From: Candidatus Marinacidobacterales bacterium
GTDB lineage: Bacteria > Acidobacteriota > Vicinamibacteria > Marinacidobacterales > SMYC01
DNA: 64,000 bases
Assembly (NCBI GenBank): GCA_965224085.1
Contig: CBDCYI010000004.1
Span: 704,001-768,000 of the forward strand
Reading direction: 5' to 3'
Part shown: positions 49,426 through 58,289 of the stretch, in pieces
How the letters are laid out: each line of letters opens with the position of its first letter
Numbering within the stretch: the stretch's first letter is position 1
The notes under the pieces: generated by a model
Told to the model about the DNA's origin: nothing
What the model saw: the letters and a program-made list of their open reading frames with translations, nothing else
The model's database searches: none
Translations under genes and position numbers: made by a program

Positions 49426-51327
49426 GTGGAAGAGAATAGCGGATACGTTGGGGGTGGATGTTCACCAGGACAGGCTCGCGGTAGAAAAGAGTTACGGAAG
49501 GATGTCTTGCGTTTCTCTGCACTCGCCTCGATTCTCGCCCTTCTTGCTTCGCCTGCCGCACTTGCTCAGCAAAGCGGGGAGGATCCCTTCGAGCGAGGTC
49601 GAGGACAATATGAGCAAGGCCAGCTCGACGAGGCCATCGATTCTTTTCGCGAGGCCATCGCAGCCAGGCCCGAGCACGCCGACGCGCATGCATTCCTCGG
49701 GCGGGCCCTTCACGACAAGGACGATGTGGACAGAGCCATCGCCTCCTACCGCAAAGCCATCGAGCTCCACCCTCAACCGGAGTTTGTTTCGCCCGGCATC
49801 GGGTTCCTTCAATTCAATCTTGCCATGTCTTTGGCGGAGGGACGCTCCGTGGAAGGAGCCCTTGAGGCCTATCTCGAAGCCATCGAAGGCAAAAGCGGCT
49901 CAGCCCAACCCGCTCTCGCCGCCACGCACCACAACCTCGGTCGTGCTCTACTCTGCAAGGGCCCGCGGGCGGAAGCCATCGCGTCGTTCCTGACCGCGCT
50001 CCAGCTTCAACCTGAGCTCGCGGAAGCCTACAACAATCTCGGTGTCGCTCTCCGCGATCTGAAGCAATTCGACGGTGCCATGGCGCTCTTTCGAAAGGCC
50101 GTCGAGATTCGACCGGACTTTGCGGAGGCGCGCGGAAATCTCGAGACAGCGTCGTCCCAGCGGGAGGCGCAACAGCAGGGAGAAGCTCGGCCAGAGCGGG
50201 CCCTCACGGACAGCGCTCCGGTGATCGCCCAGCTTCGCGAGGCCGTTGAACGGCAACCCGACGACCCCGTGGCTCACGAACGGATCGCAGCGGCGCTCCG
50301 GTCCGCGGGCCGGGAGGAAGAAGCGCAAACGCACCTGAACGAGGCGCGCCGCCTCGCCGCCAACATTCTGCCTCCGCCTCCCGCTCCGGCCGGCGAGAAC
50401 GATCCCGTGATCACGACCAGTACCAGGTTAGGGCCGAACGTCGTTCCCGCGACGATGGTTTTCATGGAACCATCTCTTACCGGTTTAGCGGTCGACCATA
50501 AGGGAAACCTCTTCCTCTCCGCCGGCAGCCGTGTTTTCAAAGTCGATCCGTCTGGGAATTTGACGGTGGTTGCGGAGCTTGCCACCGAGATTCCACAGGC
50601 TAGGGTCTCCGATGTGGCTGTCGATCCGGCTGGAAACCTCTTCATCGCCGACGAGCCCGGCCACCGAGTCCTCAAGGTGGACCCCTCGGGCATCATCACC
50701 ACCGTTGCCGGCAACGGAACGCGCCAGCAGAACGGTGACGACGGTCCCGCCACCGAAGCCGGTTTGGCCCACCCGATGTCGATCGCGGTCGATGGTCAGG
50801 GAAACCTTTTTATCGCTGATGGGTTTGGCCATGTTCGAGGGGTAGACCCTTCGGGCATCATCGACATCGTGGCGGGACGAGGTAACCAAGTCCCCGGCGA
50901 TGGGGGTCCCGCAACGGGTGCCCGCCTGAGTAGTGTCAGGGACATGGCGGTCGATGGCAGCGGTAACCTCTTCATCGTCGATGTGCGCCAAAGACGCATC
51001 CGGAAAGTGGACCGCGCGGGGATCATTACAACGGTCGCGAACCGTTTGACGATAGCACTGGCGGCGGATTCTGCTGGAAATCTCTTCCTTGCCTTCGACG
51101 GTCGCGCGTTGAAGCTGGATCCCACGGGCACGGTAACCACCGTCGCCGGCGGAGGCACCGCGTCGCCCGATGACGGCGGTCCCGCCACGGGCGCAAAGCT
51201 ATCGGTCCACCGTCTGGCGGTCGATCGTTCCGGCAATCTCTTCATGGCCGACAACCAACGAGTGTTCAAAGTCGATCCATTGGGCGTCCTCACGATCGTG
51301 GCTGGAAAAGCAAGGACCGGCTACTGA
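49426..51327 (+). CDS. TPR + NHL-repeat (beta-propeller) exported protein, probably truncated
   Basis: AEAYNNLGVAL-type TPRs, then repeats of VAVDxxGNLFIAD...KVDPSGIITTVAG...DGPAT. The repeat continues past the TGA (GDGGLASQ). Confidence 0.85.
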   Translation: MEENSGYVGGGCSPGQARGRKELRKDVLRFSALASILALLASPAALAQQSGEDPFERGRGQYEQGQLDEAIDSFREAIAARPEHADAHAFLGRALHDKDDVDRAIASYRKAIELHPQPEFVSPGIGFLQFNLAMSLAEGRSVEGALEAYLEAIEGKSGSAQPALAATHHNLGRALLCKGPRAEAIASFLTALQLQPELAEAYNNLGVALRDLKQFDGAMALFRKAVEIRPDFAEARGNLETASSQREAQQQGEARPERALTDSAPVIAQLREAVERQPDDPVAHERIAAALRSAGREEEAQTHLNEARRLAANILPPPPAPAGENDPVITTSTRLGPNVVPATMVFMEPSLTGLAVDHKGNLFLSAGSRVFKVDPSGNLTVVAELATEIPQARVSDVAVDPAGNLFIADEPGHRVLKVDPSGIITTVAGNGTRQQNGDDGPATEAGLAHPMSIAVDGQGNLFIADGFGHVRGVDPSGIIDIVAGRGNQVPGDGGPATGARLSSVRDMAVDGSGNLFIVDVRQRRIRKVDRAGIITTVANRLTIALAADSAGNLFLAFDGRALKLDPTGTVTTVAGGGTASPDDGGPATGAKLSVHRLAVDRSGNLFMADNQRVFKVDPLGVLTIVAGKARTGY

Positions 51328-51376
51328 GGGGACGGTGGCCTCGCCAGTCAGTCTCTTTTCAACGCCTCGCAGGCTC

Positions 51377-51457
51377 ATCTTCCTGCGCGAATTCCCAAAA
51401 GTCGTGGACGAACCTTCCGGTTGAGGACAATGACGGTCGAAATCGTTCTCGTGCACA
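51377..51457 (+). repeat. About 80-bp direct repeat, copy A
   Basis: ATCTTCCTGCGCGAATTCCCAAAAGTCGTGGACGAACC...GAGGAC..TGACGGTCGAAATCGTTCT..TGCACA aligns with 52241-52318. Confidence 0.85.
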
Positions 51458-51620
51458 CGGCTTCGAACGGGGCCTTGAAACAGCCCAACGGCGGGCACGG
51501 TGTCAAGAGGCCACGCCCCACTGCGTCACGGCGGCTACGTTCGTCCACAACTTTGCGGAAACTTGAGGTCATGGACGTCGCAGGGATACGCTTGGTCTCA
51601 TACGCTTGGTCTCCGTGACG

Positions 51621-52154
51621 CTACGAGGATTTGAGGTTCTTATAAACCACACGGGCTCCTGCGGCCGTCACTGTTCCGCCGAGGATCATCGCGTGCACAG
51701 GCCCGGCAAGTTGACCAGTGGGACGCAGAGAGTGGAAATCCCAACCGTAGGCCAGCACAACCAATCCAACGACTGCTATCAAGGGGCCGAAGATGGTCCG
51801 AATTCCGAACCGAGGGCCACAGTCTTCCACAAGCGTGCCCATGACGAGGGCTATTGCGCCGAGGATCATCGTGCGCACAGGCCCGGCAAGTTGACCAGTG
51901 GGACTCAGAGAGTAGAAAAACCAACCGTAGGCCAGCACAACCAATCCAACGACTGTTATCAAGGGGCCGAAGATGGTCCGCATGCCGGACCGAGGGCCAA
52001 AGTCTTCCACAAGCGTGCCCACGACGAGCGCTATTGCGCCGAGGGCCATCACGTCCAGCGTTCTCTGGAGCCTTCCGTCAGGAACCCATATCAGGAAGCT
52101 AAAGTACAACCCCCCACCGAAGACCAGAACGGCCAGGCCCGCGGCCATCAACAA
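51621..52154 (-). CDS. Hypothetical membrane protein with a 60-aa tandem duplication
   Basis: Hydrophobic. A 180-bp period is visible over about 51677-52050. Confidence 0.65.
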   Translation of the reverse strand: MLMAAGLAVLVFGGGLYFSFLIWVPDGRLQRTLDVMALGAIALVVGTLVEDFGPRSGMRTIFGPLITVVGLVVLAYGWFFYSLSPTGQLAGPVRTMILGAIALVMGTLVEDCGPRFGIRTIFGPLIAVVGLVVLAYGWDFHSLRPTGQLAGPVHAMILGGTVTAAGARVVYKNLKSS

Positions 52155-52240
52155 CCAGCTCAGCAGTCGTCGAATGCGGGGCGAATTACCACGCTATCTC
52201 TCCGGAAGTCAAGAAACATACCGGTGAAACATCGAGGAGT

Positions 52241-52318
52241 ATCTTCTGCGCGGATTCCCCAAAGCGGTGGACGGACCTCCCGGCGAGGACCCTGACGGCC
52301 GAAATCGTTCTTTGCACA
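52241..52318 (+). repeat. About 80-bp direct repeat, copy B
   Basis: ATCTTCTGCGCGGATTCCCCAAAGCGGTGGACGGACC...GAGGAC..TGACGGCCGAAATCGTTCTTTGCACA. Confidence 0.85.
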
Positions 52319-52546
52319 GGCCCCCCGCCGCCCCCGTGAAGTTCCGTTTCGACGGGAGACGTGGACGAACGACCACACGCCGCGTGCCTTTCTGGCCGGT
52401 CGGCGTAACCGACGCACCTATAACCGCTTGAGTGGTGCCCTCTTGACGGACCCATCTCCAGGTGATGTGGTAGCTGGGGCTCTGGTGCCGGAGATGTTGT
52501 TCGACATGTGTTCGAAGGCCCAACGGGCAGACGAACTTACGGGAGG

Positions 52547-52565
52547 TGGTCACGGCATGGTCACA
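52547..52565 (+). repeat. TGGTCAC-N4-TGGTCACA pair, copy 2
   Basis: TGGTCACGGCATGGTCACA, just upstream of the terminase-like genes. Confidence 0.7.
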
Positions 52566-52588
52566 GTTTCCGGTCTAGAGGCTGGGCG

Positions 52589-53098
52589 ATGAGCACGAAT
52601 GTAGCGCAGACGAAGGCGAACACCGGAGGCGGAAAGCCTGGCCGGTCGGGGCCTCCCGGCAATCTGAACAACGCCCGCCACCCGTGGCGCGTGTTCTGGA
52701 GGCGCCGAGCTCTTCGCCCCGAAGACCGCTGGGTTATGAGGCTGGTCGAGAACTACGAGCAGCGCATCGAGGAGGACCGCGGTCGAGACCTATCTTTCGC
52801 TGAGGCGCGCGTCGTGGAGATCGCGAAGACGGCGAAGGTGTGCCAGTTGCTAGCGCTGGCCGCGTTCGCGGAGAACGGCATTATGCTCGAGTCCGTCACC
52901 ACGACGAACAGCCCGCAGCACGGCGAGACTGTGACCAGAAGGGGCGACGTACTCCACCCGGCGTACAAAGAGTTGAGCAAGTTCATGAAGACGGAGCTCG
53001 ACGCGTTGAAGAGCATCGGGCTCGAGAAGGCTGATAGCGAGCCGTTGTCGTTAACAGACTATGTTCAACAACGCTACCCGAAAGGAGAAAGAGCATGA
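52589..53098 (+). CDS. Putative terminase small subunit-like protein
   Basis: GPPGNLNNARH N-terminal motif, HPAYKEL...LKSIGLE...LSLTDY C-terminus, upstream of a TerL-like gene. Confidence 0.55.
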   Translation: MSTNVAQTKANTGGGKPGRSGPPGNLNNARHPWRVFWRRRALRPEDRWVMRLVENYEQRIEEDRGRDLSFAEARVVEIAKTAKVCQLLALAAFAENGIMLESVTTTNSPQHGETVTRRGDVLHPAYKELSKFMKTELDALKSIGLEKADSEPLSLTDYVQQRYPKGERA

Positions 53099-53289
53099 TT
53101 CCACCAATGGCGAAAGCAGAGAGGAAAGTGAAGGTACGCTACCGCAGGAAAGCGGTGACCGGGGTCTATCAAAGTGGCGAGATTGCTGCCTGGCCCATCG
53201 ACCAAGCCACGAAGCTCATCGCGGACGGAATCGCCGTGCCGGTAGACTGGTCGCCGCCCGGCTCGAAGCCGGAACCCGACGCAGCATGA
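53095..53289 (+). CDS. Small phage-like hypothetical protein
   Basis: ATGA overlaps with both neighbours, SD AAGGAG, YQSGEIA...ATKLIADGIA. Confidence 0.55.
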   Translation: MIPPMAKAERKVKVRYRRKAVTGVYQSGEIAAWPIDQATKLIADGIAVPVDWSPPGSKPEPDAA

Positions 53290-53723
53290 ACGGAGACGAA
53301 CTCGTCTTCGTCGAGGGCATCGGCTCGGTGCGGCGCGAGGTGCTACTTCGAAACCCTGAGCTCCTCTCCCACGAACAGACGATGCAGCGCCGCCACGAGC
53401 AATGGCTCGCCGACCTGGCACGCCGCGAACGCGAGAAGGCCGAGCTCGAGGAAGACGAGCGAGCGTTCCATGAGATCGAGGGTGACGCTCCGATTAGCAT
53501 CCACCGTCACTCTCGAAGGAAGGCTGAGCCTAAGCCTCCCAACCATCCGAAAACGCGCTCAGAGGCCGGGAGAGACGATCCCCACGGCGAACCGGACCCG
53601 CACCCCTCGGAAGCAAAGACAGGCACCTTCGGACGCTTCGGGACGCTTTCAAAATACCGCCTCTGGTGCTTGCCTGCGATGTGGAAGCGCGCTCTCGGTG
53701 TCGGAGCGTCCACGCGGGAGTAA
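53286..53723 (+). CDS. Hypothetical protein
   Basis: ATGA-coupled to the previous ORF, charged coiled segment. The 3' end is uncertain. Confidence 0.4.
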   Translation: MNGDELVFVEGIGSVRREVLLRNPELLSHEQTMQRRHEQWLADLARREREKAELEEDERAFHEIEGDAPISIHRHSRRKAEPKPPNHPKTRSEAGRDDPHGEPDPHPSEAKTGTFGRFGTLSKYRLWCLPAMWKRALGVGASTRE

Positions 53724-54815
53724 GAATCGCTACTGCTCGGCTCGTTGTCGGAAGGCGGCGCACCGAAAGAAGAAGGCGAGAACGACGACGGCGACGGGTG
53801 TCGACATTATCGCCGCCCTCTCGGATGTGAAGCTCCTCGGTGCGGCTCTCGGCTCGCTCGAAACGTGGGGAGCGTGGCTCGTTTTCTTGAAATGTCTCTT
53901 CGCGCTCGCGCTTGAGGGCGCGGAGCTCAAGTTATTCCAACGCCACACGGGCCGGAGCGTTGCTCCGGTTGGCCAGGCCCGCGAGGCGTGGGTCATTGCC
54001 GTCGCCGTGGCGGGAAGTCACGCATGGCGGCTCTTGTCGCGGTGTTCGTCGCGTGCTTTCGTGACTACGCCGAAGTTCTCGCGAAGGGCGAGCGCGGCAC
54101 GGTTATGGTGATTGCGGCGGACAGAAAGCAATCGCGTACCGTCTTCCGCTACGTCGAGGCGTTTATCGACGGTTCGCCGATGCTGGCGCGGATGGTCGAG
54201 TCCCGCACGAAAGAGAGCATCGACCTGACGAACCGGATCACGATAGAAGTGCACACGGCGTCCTTCCGCGCGGTGAGGGGCTACACGATCGTGGGCGCGG
54301 TCCTCGACGAGATAGCGTACTGGCCGAGCGACGAAGCGAGCGCGAACCCTGACGTTGAGATTGTCAACGCGCTCCGGCCAGAGATGGCAACGGTCCCCGG
54401 CGCGATGCTGCTCGCGATCTCGTCACCGTATGCGCGGAAGGGTGGTTTGTGGAGCGCGTACGAGCGTCACTTCGGGACGGACGGTGACCCAGTGCTGGTG
54501 TGGCGAGCGACGTCCCTCGAAATGAATCCAGCGCTTCCGGCGCACGTCGTCGAGGAAGCCTATGCGCTAGATGCCGCATCTGCGTCCGCGGAGTACAGCG
54601 CTGAGTTCCGTCGAGACGTCGAGACCTACGTCAGCCGCGAGGTTGTCGCGAGCTGCACGATCGAGGGACGCCACGAGCTCCCACCCGTGAGCGGCGTTCG
54701 CTACGTCGCGTTCACGGACCCGAGCGGCGGCTCGTCGGACTCGTTCACGCTCGCGGTTGCTCACGAGGAGCGTGGCGTGCGCGTGCTCGATGCCATTCGA
54801 GAGAGGCGCCCTCCA
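53660..54815 (+). pseudogene. Terminase large subunit-like gene, frameshifted (about 53999) and truncated, preceded by a CxxC...YCSxxC Zn finger
   Basis: REAWVIA/RRGGKSR (Walker A), RGYTIVGAVLDEIAYW (Walker B), AISSPY, AFTDPSGGSSDSFTLAVAH (nuclease start). Ends at DAIRERRPP. Confidence 0.75.
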
Positions 54816-54979
54816 AGTGAAGTTCGAGGAGATCTTCATCGCCCTCGTCGACCAAGTAAACGCAGACGATGCCGAGATGAGCGGACATACTCTGATGTTA
54901 GCAAACTGGAGGCGGCATGCCGGAACATCCGGAGCGAGCTCCGGTCGGAACCACCGCGATACGCTAGACTAGCCACCCT

Positions 54980-56210
54980 GTGGCGAGTCTATACGCGCGA
55001 TACCGAAAACTATCTCTCGGTATGAAGATTCTCATTTTTATGGGGATTGGCATCATCGGCGGGCTCGTTTTCGGCGAGGGCGCCGTCATCGTCAAACCTT
55101 TGGGCGATCTGTTCATTCGACTCTTGTTGATGGCGGCCATCCCGCTCGTCTTCTTCAACTTGCTGGCCGCCATCTCGAATTTGAGCGACGTCGGGCTTCT
55201 CGGGCGGCTAGGGATCAAGATCTTCGCCTACTACCTACTCACGACGGCGGCAGCGCTGACGCTTGGCCTCGCCATCACCTCGTGGATCCAGCCGGGCCGC
55301 GGCTTCGAGCTGAGCGAGCCTGTCTCCGAAGAGCTCGGCGCCGTTCCCGGCGTCGTCGACGTGCTCCTCAAGCTCGTCCCCACCAACATCGTTCAAGCTT
55401 TCGCCGAAGGCAAGGTGGCGCAGATCGTCGTTTTCGCAGTGCTGCTCGGGGTTGGGAGTCTCTTGCTCGGGGACGCCCGACGCGAGCCGCTTCAAAAACT
55501 ATTCGGGGCCATCGCCGAGCTCTTGCGTATGCTCGTCACGCTCATTTTGAAGTTCGGGCCCGTCGGCATCGGTGCCCTCGCTGCCGCGAGCGTCGGCGAG
55601 TACGGCTCGAAGCTCTTCGGTCCACTGGCACTCTTCATCGGCTCCGTGTGGATAGCGCAGCTGCTCATGGTCTGGCTCTACATGCTGCTCCTAACCTTCG
55701 TGGGCCGCATGTCACCGCTCACGTTCTTGAAACAAACCGGCCCACTCTACGCGACGACCGCGGCGACGTGCAGCAGCCTCGCAAGCCTCGCGGTCGCGCT
55801 CGACGTCGCCGAGAAACGTTTGAAGCTTCCCGAAGCGATTTACTCGTTCACCCTTCCGCTCGGGGCGCAGCTGAACAAGGACGGGACGTCGGTCATGCTC
55901 AGCGCGATCCTACTCTTCACTGCCCAGGCGGGCGGGCGTCGAGTTCAGCGTCGCGTCCTCGATCACGATTCTGTTGATCGGGCTGATTTTGTCCGAAGGC
56001 TCGAGCGGAATCCCCGGAGGCGGGCTCGTTGCCGCGCTCATTTTCGTACAAGCGTTTCAGCTGCCGCTCGAGATCGCCGCGATCGTGGGCGGAATCTACC
56101 GGTTGATCGACATGGGGAGCACGACGATCAACTGTATGGGGGATATGGTCGGGACGGTGCTCGTCGCGAAGAGTGAAGGCCGTTTGGGGAGCACGCGCAA
56201 CCTGAATTAG
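54980..56210 (+). CDS. Dicarboxylate/amino acid:cation symporter, frameshift near 55935
   Basis: PLGDLFIRLL, VPTNIV, TCSSLASL, LPLGAQLNKDGT, then the second frame GIPGGG...RLIDMGSTTINCMGD. Confidence 0.85.
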
Positions 56211-56217
56211 GCGCTGT

Positions 56218-56550
56218 CTATTTTCCCCAGTCGTCGTCATCTCCCATCAACGTGTTCTCGAGCCGGGTCACCTTGAGAAGGTCGCGGATACGCTTGCTGG
56301 GGTTGAGCACGCGGAGCTTTCCCTCGTGGCGGTCTACGTTCGTGTAGCAGCGCACGATCTCGCCGAGGCCGGCGCTATCGACATAGGGCACGTCCGCGAG
56401 ATTCAGTCCGATCTTCTTGTTTCCCGCCTGCACGAGGCTTTCGATTTTCTCGCGAAGGAGCTCGTCGCCCTGGCCGATCGTCAGTCTTCCGGAGAGGTCG
56501 AGGATGACGACGTCGTTTTCTTGTCTTTGTTCGATCTTCATGAGTGACAA
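56218..56550 (-). CDS. STAS-domain anti-sigma factor antagonist
   Basis: VILDLSGRL, LNLADVPYVDSAGLGEIV, LLKVTRL. Confidence 0.92.
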   Translation of the reverse strand: MSLMKIEQRQENDVVILDLSGRLTIGQGDELLREKIESLVQAGNKKIGLNLADVPYVDSAGLGEIVRCYTNVDRHEGKLRVLNPSKRIRDLLKVTRLENTLMGDDDDWGK

Positions 56551-56745
56551 TGATGTCCTTTCTGCAATAGGCGTGGCCCTTTATAATCGACTCGCCGCAC
56601 TGAGGCAAGGCCGCAACGGCCGCCCTTCTGCATCCACCCGAGATTCTAACACTCGCGCCTTCGGATCGCTGCCACAAGCCAGCACGTACGTCACCTCGCC
56701 ACTGCGAGTGGAGAATAGAGCCCGGGGACAGTAGAATCGGCCGCC

Positions 56746-58020
56746 ATGAAACAGTTCTCGATTGCATCTTTTGCCCTTTTTCTTTCGGTCGCGGCAACCG
56801 CCCAAGAGACCGAAACCGACCACGAAATCAAAGACATCGCTTCCCGGCCCGAGATCCAGAAAGCCTTCGAGATCATCGTCGAGCTCGAGCCGGAGACCGA
56901 AAAAAATCTCATCGAGCTCACCGAGATCCCGGCGCCGCCGTTCAAAGAAGAAGTACGCGCCGCGCGCTACGTGGAATTGATGCGCAACGCCGGCATCGCG
57001 GGTGCGAGCATCGACGAAGAAGGCAACGTTGTCGGTACGTGGCCCGGTACCGAGGGCCTCGAAACCGTGGCGATGGTGGCCCATCTAGATACGGTGTTCC
57101 CCGAAGGCACGGACGTCACCGTGAAACGAAAAGGCGACGAGCTGCACGCTCCCGGCATCGGAGACGACACCCGCGGGCTCGCGCTCATGATCGCGGTCAT
57201 CCAGGCGATGAAACGCGCCGAGGTGAAGACCAAGGACAACGTGCTCTTCGTAGCCTCCGTGGGCGAAGAAGGCCTTGGCGATCTGCGCGGTGTGAAGCAT
57301 TTGTTCCGTGAGGGCGGGCCTCGCATCGATCAGTTTATCGCGGTCGACGGCGGCAGTACCGAACGCGTGCTCAACCACGCGACCGGCTCGCATCGCTACC
57401 GACTGACGTTCAAAGGACCGGGCGGACACTCCTTCGGTGCTTTCGGGCTCGGCAATCCAGCGCATGCGCTGAGCCGCGCCATCTACTATTTCGACCAAGC
57501 GGCCGGCGAGTACGTCATCTCGGGAACGAAGACGACCTACAATATCGGACGTATCGGGGGCGGCACGTCGGTAAACTCGATCCCCTTCGAGAATTGGGCA
57601 GAAGTCGATATGCGCTCGAACGACCCGAATCGCCTCGAGGAGATTGACGCGATTTTTCAGAAAGCCGTGAGGCGCGCGCTCGACGAGCAAAACGAGCTCC
57701 GGCGTGACGGTGAACCTTTGACCGTCGATGTGGATTTGATTGGCGACCGACCGTCGGGCATCGTCGATCCGAGCACGCCGCTGATAAAGCGAGCCCTCGC
57801 GGCGACGCGTTACTTCGGTGTGGAGCCGGTCCTCACGACTGGCTCGACCGACGCGAACGTGCCCATCGCTCGCGGCATCCCCGCGACGACGATCGGCCGC
57901 GGCGGCGACGGCGGAGGTGGGCACAGCTTGCACGAATGGTGGACCAACAAGGACGGACATCTGGGTATCCAGAAAGCGCTCCTCATCCTCGTCGCATCGG
58001 CGGGCATTGCGGTAGAATAA
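56746..58020 (+). CDS. Exported M20/M25/M40 metallopeptidase
   Basis: VAHLDTVFP, APGIGDD, VGEEGLGDLRG, GPGGHS, GSTDAN, HSLHEW. Confidence 0.9.
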   Translation: MKQFSIASFALFLSVAATAQETETDHEIKDIASRPEIQKAFEIIVELEPETEKNLIELTEIPAPPFKEEVRAARYVELMRNAGIAGASIDEEGNVVGTWPGTEGLETVAMVAHLDTVFPEGTDVTVKRKGDELHAPGIGDDTRGLALMIAVIQAMKRAEVKTKDNVLFVASVGEEGLGDLRGVKHLFREGGPRIDQFIAVDGGSTERVLNHATGSHRYRLTFKGPGGHSFGAFGLGNPAHALSRAIYYFDQAAGEYVISGTKTTYNIGRIGGGTSVNSIPFENWAEVDMRSNDPNRLEEIDAIFQKAVRRALDEQNELRRDGEPLTVDVDLIGDRPSGIVDPSTPLIKRALAATRYFGVEPVLTTGSTDANVPIARGIPATTIGRGGDGGGGHSLHEWWTNKDGHLGIQKALLILVASAGIAVE

Positions 58021-58052
58021 AAGCTTCCACACATATTCGAAAGGCGCCGTCA

Positions 58053-58289
58053 ATGCTCGACGAGCTGAAGGACATCGAGCGCGAGCTCGACCGTATCAAA
58101 CGCCGCGTTCGCGGCATGATCAATCATTTAGAAAAACGCCACGTGCGTCTCAATCAGCTCAGCGACGATGAGCTGCTCAGCGACGATGAGCTGCTCAGCG
58201 AAGTCGGATCGCGCACGCTACCCGCGACCGATATCGCGAAGCTCCTCGCGAGCGCCGAGGAGCCCGTCAAGAAGAAGACCGGCAGCTAA
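58053..58289 (+). CDS. Small hypothetical coiled-coil protein
   Basis: ATG at 58053, stop overlaps the ggt start (TAATG), contains an 18-bp tandem duplication. Confidence 0.55.
   Translation: MLDELKDIERELDRIKRRVRGMINHLEKRHVRLNQLSDDELLSDDELLSEVGSRTLPATDIAKLLASAEEPVKKKTGS

Noticed and set aside
51325-51327. Selenocysteine read-through of the TPR-NHL TGA
   Set aside because: The position corresponds to Ser in GYSGDGG repeats, not Cys, and there is no clear SECIS hairpin. More likely a nonsense mutation.
51677-52050. CRISPR-like array
   Set aside because: It is a contiguous 180-bp coding duplication with no spacers and no cas genes.
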